24,244 nt of DNA from assembly GCA_026391215.1 (NCBI GenBank), contig JAPLDX010000023.1, positions 1 through 24,244 on the forward strand, in the 5' to 3' direction. The translations under genes and the position numbers were made by a program. Of this stretch, positions 8,076 to 18,600 are shown one piece after another. Each line of letters begins with the position of its first letter. Positions within the stretch are counted from its first letter, which is position 1. Origin of the DNA: Bacteroidia bacterium (lineage in GTDB: Bacteria > Bacteroidota > Bacteroidia > Bacteroidales > VadinHA17). Below the pieces are notes generated by a model, which saw nothing but the letters and a program-made list of their open reading frames with translations, had not been told where the DNA came from and searched no databases.

Positions 8076-8172
8076 CATACAGATATACATAGTTTTAACC
8101 CCCTTTAGGGAGTGGCCCCTCTGTATCTGCTCTGAAGCTTTGGCGAGGTAGCATGACGGGGCCGGGGGTAGG
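8006..8172. repeat. Inverted REP-like doublet, each unit interrupted by a secondary hairpin
   Basis: Left unit CCGACCCCCCAACCCC[25 nt]CTGAAGGGGGGCT. Right unit AACCCCCTTTAGGGAGT[50 nt]GGGGGTAGG is its near reverse complement. Shares CCCCCAACCCC and GAAGGGGG..CTAA with the 2633-2777 element. Confidence 0.75.
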
Positions 8173-8266
8173 TTAATCCAGGTTAAAATCATGTTAAATA
8201 GGATAGCAGTTGAACTCATATTATATTTTTTTACGTTCTTTGTTTTTTCATTAAATCAGAATATTT

Positions 8267-11200
8267 ATGGATTCAGCATGGGGCACTTATCGCCGCTGGA
8301 ATAATATTACAGGATGGTTCATGTTCCTTATCTCAGCTGTAGTCTATCTGCTGACCGTAGAGCCGACTGTCAGTTTCTGGGATTGCGGTGAATTTATTCT
8401 TTCAGGATTCAGGTTGCAGGTGGGACATCCGCCGGGAGCACCTTTATTCCTGATGATCGCCAGGATAGCAACCCTCTTTGCCGGTGGTGATGCCTCAAAA
8501 GCAGCTCTCATGGTCAATATGCTCTCGGCTATATGCAGCGCATTTGCGATAATGTTCCTGTTCTGGACAATAACTCACCTGGTACGCAGGGTTTTTACTA
8601 GGAATGCATCTCTTGAATCAAAGCAAATTCCAGCAATATTAGCCAGCGGTATTTTAGGAGCCATGGCTTATACATTTTCCGATACCTTCTGGTTTTCAGC
8701 TGTTGAGGGAGAACTTTATGCCTTATCTTCACTCTGTCTCGGACTGGTATTCTGGGCAATGCTTAAATGGGAGGAAGAGGCTGACGAACCGACTTCGGGA
8801 AGATGGATAATACTGATTGCATATATAATGGGTCTCGGACTTGGAATTCATCGCCTGAATCTCCTGGTGCTTCCCGTCCTTATTTTTGTCTTTTATTTCA
8901 GGAAATATGAAGTTACAACAAGAGGTGTAATTCGTACACTTATTCTGGCTGTTGCTTTGCTGGCATTCATGGTATTTATTCTTATGCCCGGTGTTCCGGA
9001 AGTCGCCGGCTGGTTTGAGCTGCTTTTTGTAAATGTATTTGGAATGCCATACAATAGCGGACTTTTTATATTTCTGATAACTCTTGCTGCTCTGCTTGTT
9101 TTCGGAATAAGATACTCTTTAAAAAACAAAAGAGTTATTCTCAATTACGTTTGGACATGTCTGACAGTAATAATGATCGGGTATTCATCGTACGCAATGA
9201 TCATGATAAGGTCGTCTGCAAAACCTCCCATGAACCAGAATAATCCTTCAGATATCTTTTCACTTGCTTATTATATCAATATGCAGCAATATGGAAGTTC
9301 TCCGAAATTCCATGGCCCTTATTACAATGCTCCTGCTGTTGATGTGAAAAAAACTATCGCAGGCTACAATAAAGTCAACGGGAAATATGTGCCTTATTAT
9401 AATCCAAAGTATGAGTACAATAAGGAGTTCACTACAATATTCCCGCGTATGTACAGCATTGATCCTGAGCATGAGGCACCATACAAATACTGGGGAAAGA
9501 TAAAGGGGAAAAAATATACTTTCAACACTGGATCAGGCAGGGAAACACTTGTATGTCCCACATTCGGTGAAAACCTTCGTTTCTTCTTCAGATACCAGGT
9601 TAACTTTATGTATCTGAGATATTTAATGTGGAATTTCGCAGGCCGGCAGAATGATATACAGGGGAACGGTAACGATCTGAACGGTAACTGGATAAGCGGT
9701 ATTAAATTCATTGACGAAGCCCGTCTTGGCAGAAGCGACAACCTTCCGGCAGATCTTAAAAATAATCCTGGCAACAATAAATACTTTTTTCTCCCTCTAC
9801 TTATTGGATTGGGTGGCATATACTGGCAATATAAGAGGGACAAAAAAGGTTTCTGGCTGATACTGGCATTTTTCTTAATGACCGGAATTACCATTATTTT
9901 TTACCTGAATCAGTCTCCGAATCAGCCCAGGGAACGTGACTATGCTTATGCAGGATCATTTTATGCCTTTGCTATGTGGATCGGAATCGGATTCATGTTT
10001 ATCTATGAGCTTTTCCAGCGTTTCGTGAAAAGCAAACCAGCAGCAATAATAACACTCGTTCTGACCCTGGCTGCATGCCCGCTTCTTATGGCAATGGAAA
10101 ACTGGGATGACCATGACAGGTCAGGGCGTTACACTGCAAGAGATATCGGCGCCAACTACCTTGAATCATGTGCTCCTAACAGCGTACTGTTCACCTACGG
10201 CGACAATGATTCATTTCCTGTCTGGTATGTACAGGATGTAGAGGAGGTAAGAACTGATGTAAGAGTGGCAAACCTTAGCTATTTTCAGGCAGGCTGGTAT
10301 ATAGAGATGATGAAGCAGAAAGCCTTTGAATCTGATCCCATGCCGTTGACTCTGGGTACTGATAAATATCTTGACGGCGCAAGAACCCAGCTTCCTGTTG
10401 ACAAAAGGATAGATGCAGCGGTCAATCTTAATGAGATTGTGAAGTTTGCCGGGATGGATGAAAAAAAATACATGATTGATTACAGTGGGAGAGGTGATTA
10501 TCTTAATTTCCTTCCGGCAAACAAATTTATAATCAGTGTTGATACTTCTGTAGTTCTTGCTAACGGCACCGTGAAGGAATATTTCAAAAACAGGATCATC
10601 TCCCCGATGATCTGGGAATTTACAGATAAAGATGCCTTCAAGGGCGATCTGGCTATTATGGATCTTCTTTCAACAAACAAGTGGAAAAGGCCTGTGTATT
10701 TTTCAACAACCGTTCCTTCAGACCAGTATAAAGGTCTTGAAAAATACTTTGTCCAGGAAGGCATGGCATACCGGATTGTCCCGATAAAGACAGAAGAATC
10801 AAACCAGGGCGAATTCGGCATGATTGATCCCTATGTGATGTACGATAATATGATGAACAAGTTCAAATGGGGTAATGCCGGTGACCCTTCCGTATATCTT
10901 GATGAGAATAACAGGAGAATGTTCAGCAATTTCAGAAGAATATTCGGAAATCTTGGAAGGGAATTTATTCAGACAGGCGATACAACCAGGGCTCTGGAGG
11001 TTGCATACAAGGGACTTGAAATCGTTCCATCAGAAAAAATGCCTGCCGACTTTTTTGCCATTGGACTGGCAGAAGTGCTGATACGCGCAGGTAAAAAGGA
11101 AGAAGGAGAGAAAATTATTTCCGATATTATTGATTATTCAAAAGCATATCTTGATTATGCAATCAGCCTCAGCCCTGAGAAGAGATACGGACTCGATTAT

Positions 11201-11332
11201 CCTACAGGCATAAACATGCAGGCTTTGCTGGATATTTATAACATGTCGCTAAGCATTAATGATGAATCGCTGAGGAGCAGGATTGAACCAATGATGAATC
11301 TTTATTACGGGAAGCTTTATTCAGGTAACTAA
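8267..11332 (+). CDS. DUF2723 / TMEM260-like polytopic membrane glycosyltransferase (GT-C type)
   Basis: 1021 aa with many TM segments; SFWDCGEF, VGHPPGAPLF, WFSAVEGELY, PRERDYAYAGSF, NWDDHDRS and GDNDSFP motifs, then a soluble C-terminal region. Confidence 0.85.
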   Translation: MDSAWGTYRRWNNITGWFMFLISAVVYLLTVEPTVSFWDCGEFILSGFRLQVGHPPGAPLFLMIARIATLFAGGDASKAALMVNMLSAICSAFAIMFLFWTITHLVRRVFTRNASLESKQIPAILASGILGAMAYTFSDTFWFSAVEGELYALSSLCLGLVFWAMLKWEEEADEPTSGRWIILIAYIMGLGLGIHRLNLLVLPVLIFVFYFRKYEVTTRGVIRTLILAVALLAFMVFILMPGVPEVAGWFELLFVNVFGMPYNSGLFIFLITLAALLVFGIRYSLKNKRVILNYVWTCLTVIMIGYSSYAMIMIRSSAKPPMNQNNPSDIFSLAYYINMQQYGSSPKFHGPYYNAPAVDVKKTIAGYNKVNGKYVPYYNPKYEYNKEFTTIFPRMYSIDPEHEAPYKYWGKIKGKKYTFNTGSGRETLVCPTFGENLRFFFRYQVNFMYLRYLMWNFAGRQNDIQGNGNDLNGNWISGIKFIDEARLGRSDNLPADLKNNPGNNKYFFLPLLIGLGGIYWQYKRDKKGFWLILAFFLMTGITIIFYLNQSPNQPRERDYAYAGSFYAFAMWIGIGFMFIYELFQRFVKSKPAAIITLVLTLAACPLLMAMENWDDHDRSGRYTARDIGANYLESCAPNSVLFTYGDNDSFPVWYVQDVEEVRTDVRVANLSYFQAGWYIEMMKQKAFESDPMPLTLGTDKYLDGARTQLPVDKRIDAAVNLNEIVKFAGMDEKKYMIDYSGRGDYLNFLPANKFIISVDTSVVLANGTVKEYFKNRIISPMIWEFTDKDAFKGDLAIMDLLSTNKWKRPVYFSTTVPSDQYKGLEKYFVQEGMAYRIVPIKTEESNQGEFGMIDPYVMYDNMMNKFKWGNAGDPSVYLDENNRRMFSNFRRIFGNLGREFIQTGDTTRALEVAYKGLEIVPSEKMPADFFAIGLAEVLIRAGKKEEGEKIISDIIDYSKAYLDYAISLSPEKRYGLDYPTGINMQALLDIYNMSLSINDESLRSRIEPMMNLYYGKLYSGN

Positions 11333-11338
11333 ATTCCT

Positions 11339-11944
11339 ATGAGGCTATTCAGGCCATGGTTAATATCGAGATGTCTTTATCACGAAGGGCTTTTCAGGAT
11401 AAAGACAGAAGAGAAAATACTGTGCCTGACCTTTGATGACGGGCCCGATCCGGGATCTACGCCTATCCTTTTAAAAATCCTTGAAAAATACCAGGTTAAG
11501 GCTCTTTTCTTTTGTACCGGAAATTCAGCAGAAAAATATCCGGAACTGATTGATACAATAAGGAAGAACGGCCATAATATTGGTAATCATAGTTACAGCC
11601 ATCCGGACGGATGGAAAACGCGTACCAGAAGATATTGTTATGATGTGATGAATGCTGCAAGAGTCACATCAGACAAATATTTTCGTCCTCCTTACGGCCA
11701 TATGACGATCAGTCAATACCTGGAAATCAGAAAGACATATAAGATATTTTTCTGGGATATCATGGCATATGATTTTGATAGGAGCTTCAGTGCGGAACGA
11801 TCATTGCGTTTGCTGAACAGCAGAATAGGCCCCGGTTCTATAATAGTGCTGCATGACACCTCACAATCAACCTGCAATAGTTTCATAAATGATTTTATTA
11901 AGATATCACTCAGCAAAGGATACAGGTTTTGTTTTTCAGATTGA
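11339..11944 (+). CDS. Polysaccharide deacetylase (CE4/NodB)
   Basis: LTFDDGP, GNHSYSHPDG, FRPPYG and IIVLHD motifs. Confidence 0.93.
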   Translation: MRLFRPWLISRCLYHEGLFRIKTEEKILCLTFDDGPDPGSTPILLKILEKYQVKALFFCTGNSAEKYPELIDTIRKNGHNIGNHSYSHPDGWKTRTRRYCYDVMNAARVTSDKYFRPPYGHMTISQYLEIRKTYKIFFWDIMAYDFDRSFSAERSLRLLNSRIGPGSIIVLHDTSQSTCNSFINDFIKISLSKGYRFCFSD

Positions 11945-11979
11945 AATATTACTTTTGGAATACTTTAATTTTCTGAAAA

Positions 11980-13260
11980 ATGAATATCCTTATTCTCGGG
12001 TCGGGCGGAAGGGAACATGCTCTTGCATGGAAACTCAGCCAGAGTATTAAAGTCAGCAGGATTTTTACAGGACCCGGAAATGCCGGAACTTCATATCTTG
12101 GAACGAATCTGCAGTTGGATCCTGAGGATTTTAATGCAGTAAAAAAAGCTGTTCTGGAGAACAACATAAAAATGGTGATTGTTGGTCCGGAAGCACCTCT
12201 GGTTGCAGGTATACACGATTTTTTCCTCAGCGATAATGCTCTTAAGAATGTGCCTGTAATTGGTCCCGATAAATCTGCCGCAAGACTTGAAGGCAGCAAG
12301 GATTTTGCAAAGGCTTTCCTGACAAAACACGAGATCCCGACTGCTCCATATAAGAGTTTCGACAGGTCAACTATTAAAGAAGTCCCGGATTTTCTGAAAT
12401 CATTCGCCTCCCCATATGTTATTAAAGCTGACGGACTTGCCGCCGGGAAAGGAGTACTGATATTTGAAAACCTTGATGATGCTGAAAAAGAGGTCACTGC
12501 AATGCTTGACGGAAAATTCGGGAAAGCAGGGCATAAAGTTGTGATAGAACAGTTCCTTAAAGGAATTGAGTTATCAGTGTTTATAGTGACTGATGGCAAT
12601 TCATACAAATTGCTGCCGGAAGCAAAAGATTATAAAAGAGTCGGGGTAGGAGATACAGGTCTCAATACCGGAGGCATGGGTGCAGTTTCCCCTGTTCCGT
12701 TTGCCAATCGCGGTTTTATTGAGAAGGTTAAGCAAAGGATCATTGATCCGACAATAAAAGGATTATCGGAAGAGGGCATCAATTATAAGGGATTTATTTT
12801 TTTCGGGCTCATGAATGTCAGCGGGGATCCTTACGTCATCGAATATAATGCCCGTCTCGGCGATCCTGAATCGGAAGTAACCATTCCAAGGATCAAATCA
12901 GATCTCTTTGAACTGATGGAAGGCGTAGCAGAAGGCAATTTATCTGAAAGAATTCTTGAGATTGACGAAAGATATGTTACGACGGTAATGGTAACATCAG
13001 GCGGGTACCCGGGTCACTACGAGAAGGGAAAAGAGATATCGGGACTCGAACGCACAAAGGATTGTGTCGTATTTCACTCCGGGACAAAAATGTCAGATGA
13101 TAAGGTAGTTACAGCAGGGGGCAGGGTGTTGGCTGTCAGCGCGTGGGGAAGAACAATGAGCGAAGCTCTTCACGGATCATACGGCAATGCAGGCCTTTTG
13201 TCTTTCGATAATATGTATTACAGAACGGATATCGGATTTGATCTTCAGGAGAAATGCTAA
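11980..13260 (+). CDS. purD: Phosphoribosylamine--glycine ligase
   Basis: GSGGREHALAW, VGPEAPL, LEGSKDFAK, KADGLAAGKGV, NTGGMGA, EYNARLGDPE and GGRVL motifs. Confidence 0.98.
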   Translation: MNILILGSGGREHALAWKLSQSIKVSRIFTGPGNAGTSYLGTNLQLDPEDFNAVKKAVLENNIKMVIVGPEAPLVAGIHDFFLSDNALKNVPVIGPDKSAARLEGSKDFAKAFLTKHEIPTAPYKSFDRSTIKEVPDFLKSFASPYVIKADGLAAGKGVLIFENLDDAEKEVTAMLDGKFGKAGHKVVIEQFLKGIELSVFIVTDGNSYKLLPEAKDYKRVGVGDTGLNTGGMGAVSPVPFANRGFIEKVKQRIIDPTIKGLSEEGINYKGFIFFGLMNVSGDPYVIEYNARLGDPESEVTIPRIKSDLFELMEGVAEGNLSERILEIDERYVTTVMVTSGGYPGHYEKGKEISGLERTKDCVVFHSGTKMSDDKVVTAGGRVLAVSAWGRTMSEALHGSYGNAGLLSFDNMYYRTDIGFDLQEKC

Positions 13261-14246
13261 GGCTTTTCAAAGGGACCGGACCAGGTGTTATTGCCCTCAT
13301 AGTTTTGACTCTCGGAGCATTATGGATCAGTGCATTCATCGATCCCCGGATGCCCGGACTGGCAATCTATGAAACCAGCTCTATGCCACTTTACAGTATT
13401 GTCACGCATCTGATAGGAAACCATCCCTTATCGGGGGTGATCTTCTCTTTCATGATAGTTACAACAATGATATTTCTGATAACCTATTTTAATACATCTG
13501 TCTTTTTTATCAATGAAAGAACATTCCTTCCGGCGGTGATATATATCCTGTTTAGCGCAATTTACCCGGAGCGCCAGGTATTAAATCCGGTTCTCCCGGC
13601 CTCTCTTTTTCTGATGCTTGCTGTGATGAGAGTCATGGAAACCTACCGGAAGCCGGGCACGGCATTCAACTTTTTCGATGCAGGGATATTATTAAGTATC
13701 GGCAGCCTCTTCTACATAAATGTTATCTGGTTTGGCCTGCTTGTATTTATTGGCATTGCCCTTCTGCGGACAGGAAATATCAAAGAACCGGCAATTACAG
13801 TTCTTGGCCTTATCACTCCGTATTCACTATTGATAGGACTTTATTATGTATTAGGGAAGGACATCGGGGCTTTTTTATACGGAATAAGCTATAATCTTTT
13901 TGGTGCATCCCCGGAATATTCTTTCTCAAGACTTACGGTAATTGTTCTGATTATAATCGGACTGATTTTTATTGTCAGCATTATATTCCTTCTGATGCAG
14001 ATGAATTCCAAAAAGATAAAATCTCGTAAAACATTTTTTCTGCTCTTATGGGCTTTATTGATAACACTGGCGATGTATTTCTCCCTTCCGTCAGTCTCGG
14101 TTGAAATAGTATGGATGACAGGCATTCCTGCCAGCTACATTCTTGCTCATTACTTTATTTTTGCGAGAAAGAAGATTTTGCCTGAGATTATGTTTTCAGG
14201 ATTCTTTTTACTAATAATGCTTCTTCAGATATTGTATATTTTCTGA
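13254..14246 (+). CDS. Uncharacterised polytopic membrane protein (DUF6427-like, Bacteroidota)
   Basis: 330 aa, about 9-10 hydrophobic helices, MPLY and RTFLPA motifs; start overlaps the purD end by 7 nt. Confidence 0.7.
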   Translation: MLRLFKGTGPGVIALIVLTLGALWISAFIDPRMPGLAIYETSSMPLYSIVTHLIGNHPLSGVIFSFMIVTTMIFLITYFNTSVFFINERTFLPAVIYILFSAIYPERQVLNPVLPASLFLMLAVMRVMETYRKPGTAFNFFDAGILLSIGSLFYINVIWFGLLVFIGIALLRTGNIKEPAITVLGLITPYSLLIGLYYVLGKDIGAFLYGISYNLFGASPEYSFSRLTVIVLIIIGLIFIVSIIFLLMQMNSKKIKSRKTFFLLLWALLITLAMYFSLPSVSVEIVWMTGIPASYILAHYFIFARKKILPEIMFSGFFLLIMLLQILYIF

Positions 14247-14251
14247 TGTGG

Positions 14252-14686
14252 TCATTTGACCATAGAAACAACACCAACACCGGATCCCTGCTGTCCGTCG
14301 GTGAAGTCAAAGCCAAGCTGATATATCCCGCTTCTGTTACATATAAAATCAACGTAAGGATAAGTTTTGCCGGTTTTCAGATCAAATGATGAAAGAACCT
14401 GTTTGTTGGTATCATCCTTTATGGTGAGGATCAGCTTGCCCTGTGAGCTTTCGGAATTGCACATTGTAAACCGGTATTTGGTATTCTTCCAGAGCGACAT
14501 TTGTGCTTTATACCTTAATTCCCCGGTAGCTGGAGCTTTCCCGAGTTGTATCCGGAAATCCTTAAGATATTTGGCATTTGGTCCTGCATTTGAGATGCAA
14601 CTGCTTACAAGAGGATCAGCTGACTGGCCTGATACCAGCACTCCGGTTGTAAGTAACAGCAACAGTGTGATGAAATGTTTCTTCAT
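14252..14686 (-). CDS. Small secreted hypothetical protein, probably a beta-sandwich
   Basis: Signal peptide MKKHFITLLLLLTTGVLVSG|Q, alternating beta-type pattern, three Cys, FICNRSGIYQL; starts 1 nt after the upstream stop. Confidence 0.75.
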   Translation of the reverse strand: MKKHFITLLLLLTTGVLVSGQSADPLVSSCISNAGPNAKYLKDFRIQLGKAPATGELRYKAQMSLWKNTKYRFTMCNSESSQGKLILTIKDDTNKQVLSSFDLKTGKTYPYVDFICNRSGIYQLGFDFTDGQQGSGVGVVSMVK

Positions 14687-14687
14687 G

Positions 14688-15602
14688 CTAATTATTTAAA
14701 ATCAGTCTATCGCGAATTTCTTTGGTAACATCAATGATCTCTGATAATTGTTCATCGGTCATTTCGACAACGCTGGTTTCAGTCTGTTCAACGACCAGCC
14801 CGCCATCCTTTTCAACACTTACAGGCTCACCAAGAGTATATGTAATCCTGATATCCCTGTATTTTTCCTTTATTTTCTGAAGGTCTTTGCACAGGGCGGC
14901 GTATTCCGGATCCTTTCCGCAGTAAGGACTTGCAAGCATAATCAGATCATTAAGGATGATCTTCTGTTCTCCGATACGGTCTTTAAGCATCTGGTCAGGA
15001 TATCTCTTTACCACCTGTGTTGCAAGGTACTGGGCTTCCGTCCATACTCCTATGATCATCAGTGCTGAGAGCTGTCCCCGGTTATCACTGCGGAGATACT
15101 GATCGATCTGAGTATAGGAGTCAATGGAAAGGAAGAGAAGCGAATCGAGATCAGATTTGTTCAGTGAAAGTCTTTTGATTGTCTCAAAATCAAAAAACTG
15201 GCCAACCCTGATGCCTTCAGCAAGCTTCCTTATGGATGAAAGGATATCAACGGAGGTTCCTGTCTTTTCGTACATATTAAGATAGCCGAGATCAGCTCCG
15301 AGAATCCCAAGTGTAAGAGCCTTATCGAATGCGGTTGTCTGTTTGTTGGCATCAACTGATGAGGCAAGGTATTCAGGTGAATAAGGGACCTCCAGCATCT
15401 GAAGCAGGTTTGCTATTTCAACAGGGGATGAAATATTCTTTGATATCTCGGCAATAGCTTCCGAGCTTAACTTTTCAGCTTCTCCGGACGGAACAGAATC
15501 AGCTTCAGGGAAAATGAATTCCTCTGACCTATTTGCCTTATTCCTGCAGGAGTAACTCACAAGCAGTATTGCCAGGATTATCAGGAAAACTCTTTCTTTC
15601 AT
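14688..15602 (-). CDS. Uncharacterised alpha-helical lipoprotein
   Basis: ATG at 15602 gives MKERVFLIILAILLVSYS|C (lipobox-like); helical pattern with ALTLGILGADLGY, GVWTEAQY and IGEQK segments. Confidence 0.8.
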   Translation of the reverse strand: MKERVFLIILAILLVSYSCRNKANRSEEFIFPEADSVPSGEAEKLSSEAIAEISKNISSPVEIANLLQMLEVPYSPEYLASSVDANKQTTAFDKALTLGILGADLGYLNMYEKTGTSVDILSSIRKLAEGIRVGQFFDFETIKRLSLNKSDLDSLLFLSIDSYTQIDQYLRSDNRGQLSALMIIGVWTEAQYLATQVVKRYPDQMLKDRIGEQKIILNDLIMLASPYCGKDPEYAALCKDLQKIKEKYRDIRITYTLGEPVSVEKDGGLVVEQTETSVVEMTDEQLSEIIDVTKEIRDRLILNN

Positions 15603-15624
15603 CAAAATGATACTAAGATTGGTA

Positions 15625-15632
15625 CAAAAATA
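15625..15632 (-). promoter_or_regulatory. Putative internal -7 promoter box for the lipoprotein gene
   Basis: TATTTTTG on the minus strand, 23 nt upstream of the ATG at 15602, in the short gap after the ABC gene. Confidence 0.5.
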
Positions 15633-15645
15633 TAAAAATTCAGTT

Positions 15646-18600
15646 TTAATCTCTTTTTTTTCGCTTCCGAATATTAATTTTTTCAACGAATCTGACTCCT
15701 TTTGCCAGGAGCTCGTAGTATAGAGCCAGATACAGTATAACAGTACTCAGCAGAACCAGGATTATATTAAATGTAAAGGTATCTGTCCTGATGCCGAATA
15801 TGTATTTTGCCGGTGCATAAAAATGAGTTCTGAAGCCCAGGAAACCTCCTTTATACGGATCAAGATAGATCGGATCAATATTCTGCACAATGGTGTTATT
15901 ATGAATAAGAATCTTTTTCCTCTCATAATATTTTGTAACGATCTCCTCCAGCTTGAAATTATAATAGTCATTTCTTAACCGGGTCAGGCTTGCCTGGTTC
16001 AGGTTGTAGAACCTGTCCTTTTTATCGCTTGCAGAGTTGGATGCTATACTGAAGATCTCATCAAGTTTTTTAAGGTATATATTAAGCGAATCAGCAATTT
16101 CCAGATTAAATGCGGATGGCGTAAGGTGTTCAATATATTTAAATCCGGTGATATTATAGATTTTTTGCATCCGGGTGAGTTCATTTCTAAGAAGAGGGAG
16201 CTTGCTGAACTGATCCTGTGTTCCGGAACTGTTTGCAGACGCACCTCTGTATTTGCTGACACTTGTTTCAAGTGCTCTCATTAATTCAGGGATCCTGTGC
16301 ACCTTGTTGAAGTCAGCCATACTGATCTTTTTCTGAAGGATGTAATAGGTATCACCTTCCTTATTGTATTTCTGGATGCTATACCTGTTATCCTTGAACT
16401 GGGATACCATAAGAGCTTCATATGTCCACCTTGTAGGCATAAGTTCAGCTATCACCGGAACCTTTTCAACGCTACCTATTGTTCTGTTAAGTTTGTCGAA
16501 CGAAAACATTGCTCCGCTGAGCACCATCATGGGAATTATGAGAAGAGGAATAACTATATAGATTGTAATGGCTGAATTGAAGGATGCTGATATATTAAGT
16601 CCGATCATATTAGCGCAATATGCCGTTGTAAAAAGTGCAAGCCAGTACTGCAGGAACATGCCTTTTATCCCCAGTATCGGATTGGCGATTACCAGAAACA
16701 TAGCTGCCTGCAAAGCCGAAATGATGATCATTAAAGAAACCTTTGCAAAAAGATAACTGGACCTGCTTAGGTTCAGGAAGCGTTCTCGCTTCAGAATTTT
16801 CCTGTCACGGAATATTTCCTCGGCGCTTATTGTCAGCCCAAGGAAAAGAGCTACAATGATGCTCATGAAAATATAGATGGGTATATTTTCATTTTCGGAG
16901 AACAAATATGTACTTGAATCAGGATCAGGAATATACCTTATTATAAATGAAAGAATAAAACCAAGGATTGGGGCTTCAAGGAGGGTCAGCATAACATACT
17001 GATTATTTGCAATCTTACTTCTTGAATCCCTTGAAAGATAGATAATGAACTGTTTAAAAAGACCGGGTCGCTGAAGGTTTTTATGAGGCGATTCTTTTAC
17101 ATCAGAGACCTTAACGATCTGGTGCTTCTGCGCAAAAAATGCTGCCCACTCCTTTGGTTTTACTTTCCTTTTTTCGGTATATTTCCCAAATTCATCAACC
17201 ACCTGGGTTTCAATGATGTTAAATATAGTTTCCGGATTCACATTCCCGCAGGAGGGACATTCACCCTGGTTTGCATTTATCTGTGCGTCGTGGGTTTTAA
17301 AATAAATCACTGCATCGACAGGGTTTCCGAAGTAGGCCAGACTTCCTTCCTGGTCCAGGATTATTACCTTGTCGAACATCTTGAATATTTCAGATGAAGG
17401 CTGGTGTATGACAGTAATTACAAGCTTTCCTTTAAGGGTGAGGTCCCTAAGCAGATCCATAAGATTTTCAGAATCTCTTGAGGAGAGGCCAGATGTAGGC
17501 TCATCGAGAAACATAATAAGCGGTTCGCGGATAAGCTCAAGAGCGATATTAAGTCTTTTTCTCTGGCCGCCGCTGATTATGTTATTAAGCATGGAACCAA
17601 CCTTAAGATCTCTCTTTTCCAGCATCCCAAGGTTCATAAGCGTCTGGTCGACCATGGAACCTATTTCCTTCTTGTTTCTATCTTTAAAACATTGACAGGC
17701 AGCAAAGTATAGGTTTTCAAATACTGTAAGATCTTCAATAAGAAGGTCATCCTGCGGAACATATCCCATAACACCTTCAAGAGCACTTTTATCTTTTATT
17801 ACATCAAGGCCATTTATTCTGACACCACCACTGGTAGGAGGCTGGATCCCGCTAAGGAGGTTCAACAGGGTTGTTTTTCCGGATCCGCTGGCTCCCAATA
17901 TGCCTATCAGCTTGCCTTCTTCGACAGAGAAGGTTATGTTATCAACTGCAGGAATGCCGCCTTTAAAAACATATGAAAGATTTTCTGCTGTAAAGGAAAG
18001 CTTATGTATTATAAGGTCGGAACGGAACGACGAGCTGATATCACTATAGTAAATTGCACGGCCCTGTGATGATTTCAGCGATCCTCCCTTTGCAAATGAA
18101 TATACCTGTCCTGCCCTGATTGGAAGTCCGTTAAGATATAGCTGCTCTTCTGAGATGTATTTCAGGAAGTAAAGGTCTACACTTGCAATTCTCAGGAAAT
18201 ATATATTTGCATCCTGATATCCTGTGATCATCCTGTTACATATCTCACATTCTTCTTTTCCAGGAGTCAAAATACGAATAGAAGGATTGGAAAGATTTTC
18301 AGGTTCATTGTTTTTGACAAACTGTTCCGTGGCTGCAAACTCATCAGGGGATATTTTGAATACTTCAGCAACAGTATTAATGATATTCATTCTCTGAGGA
18401 GTGAACCTCCTGTCAGCATTTACCAGTTCATAAAGCCTTACAAGCACAACTACCTTCTGCTGCTGATTCAGGGTGTGATTGATCTTCTTGCATATCCCCA
18501 GGATCTTTACGGAATCCCTTACAGATGGTGCAACAGGTTCCTTTGCTGCGGATTTTTCTAATACAGGTCCGGCATGTACATCAAAGAGTAAAAGATATTC

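Noticed and set aside
2633-8172. CRISPR array or tRNA interpretation of the palindromic clusters
   Set aside because: No regularly spaced identical direct repeats, no cas genes and no cloverleaf with a T-loop motif.
15603-15686. Upstream start of the lipoprotein ORF overlapping the ABC gene
   Set aside because: ATG 15602 gives a proper lipoprotein signal and has a promoter-like box before it.
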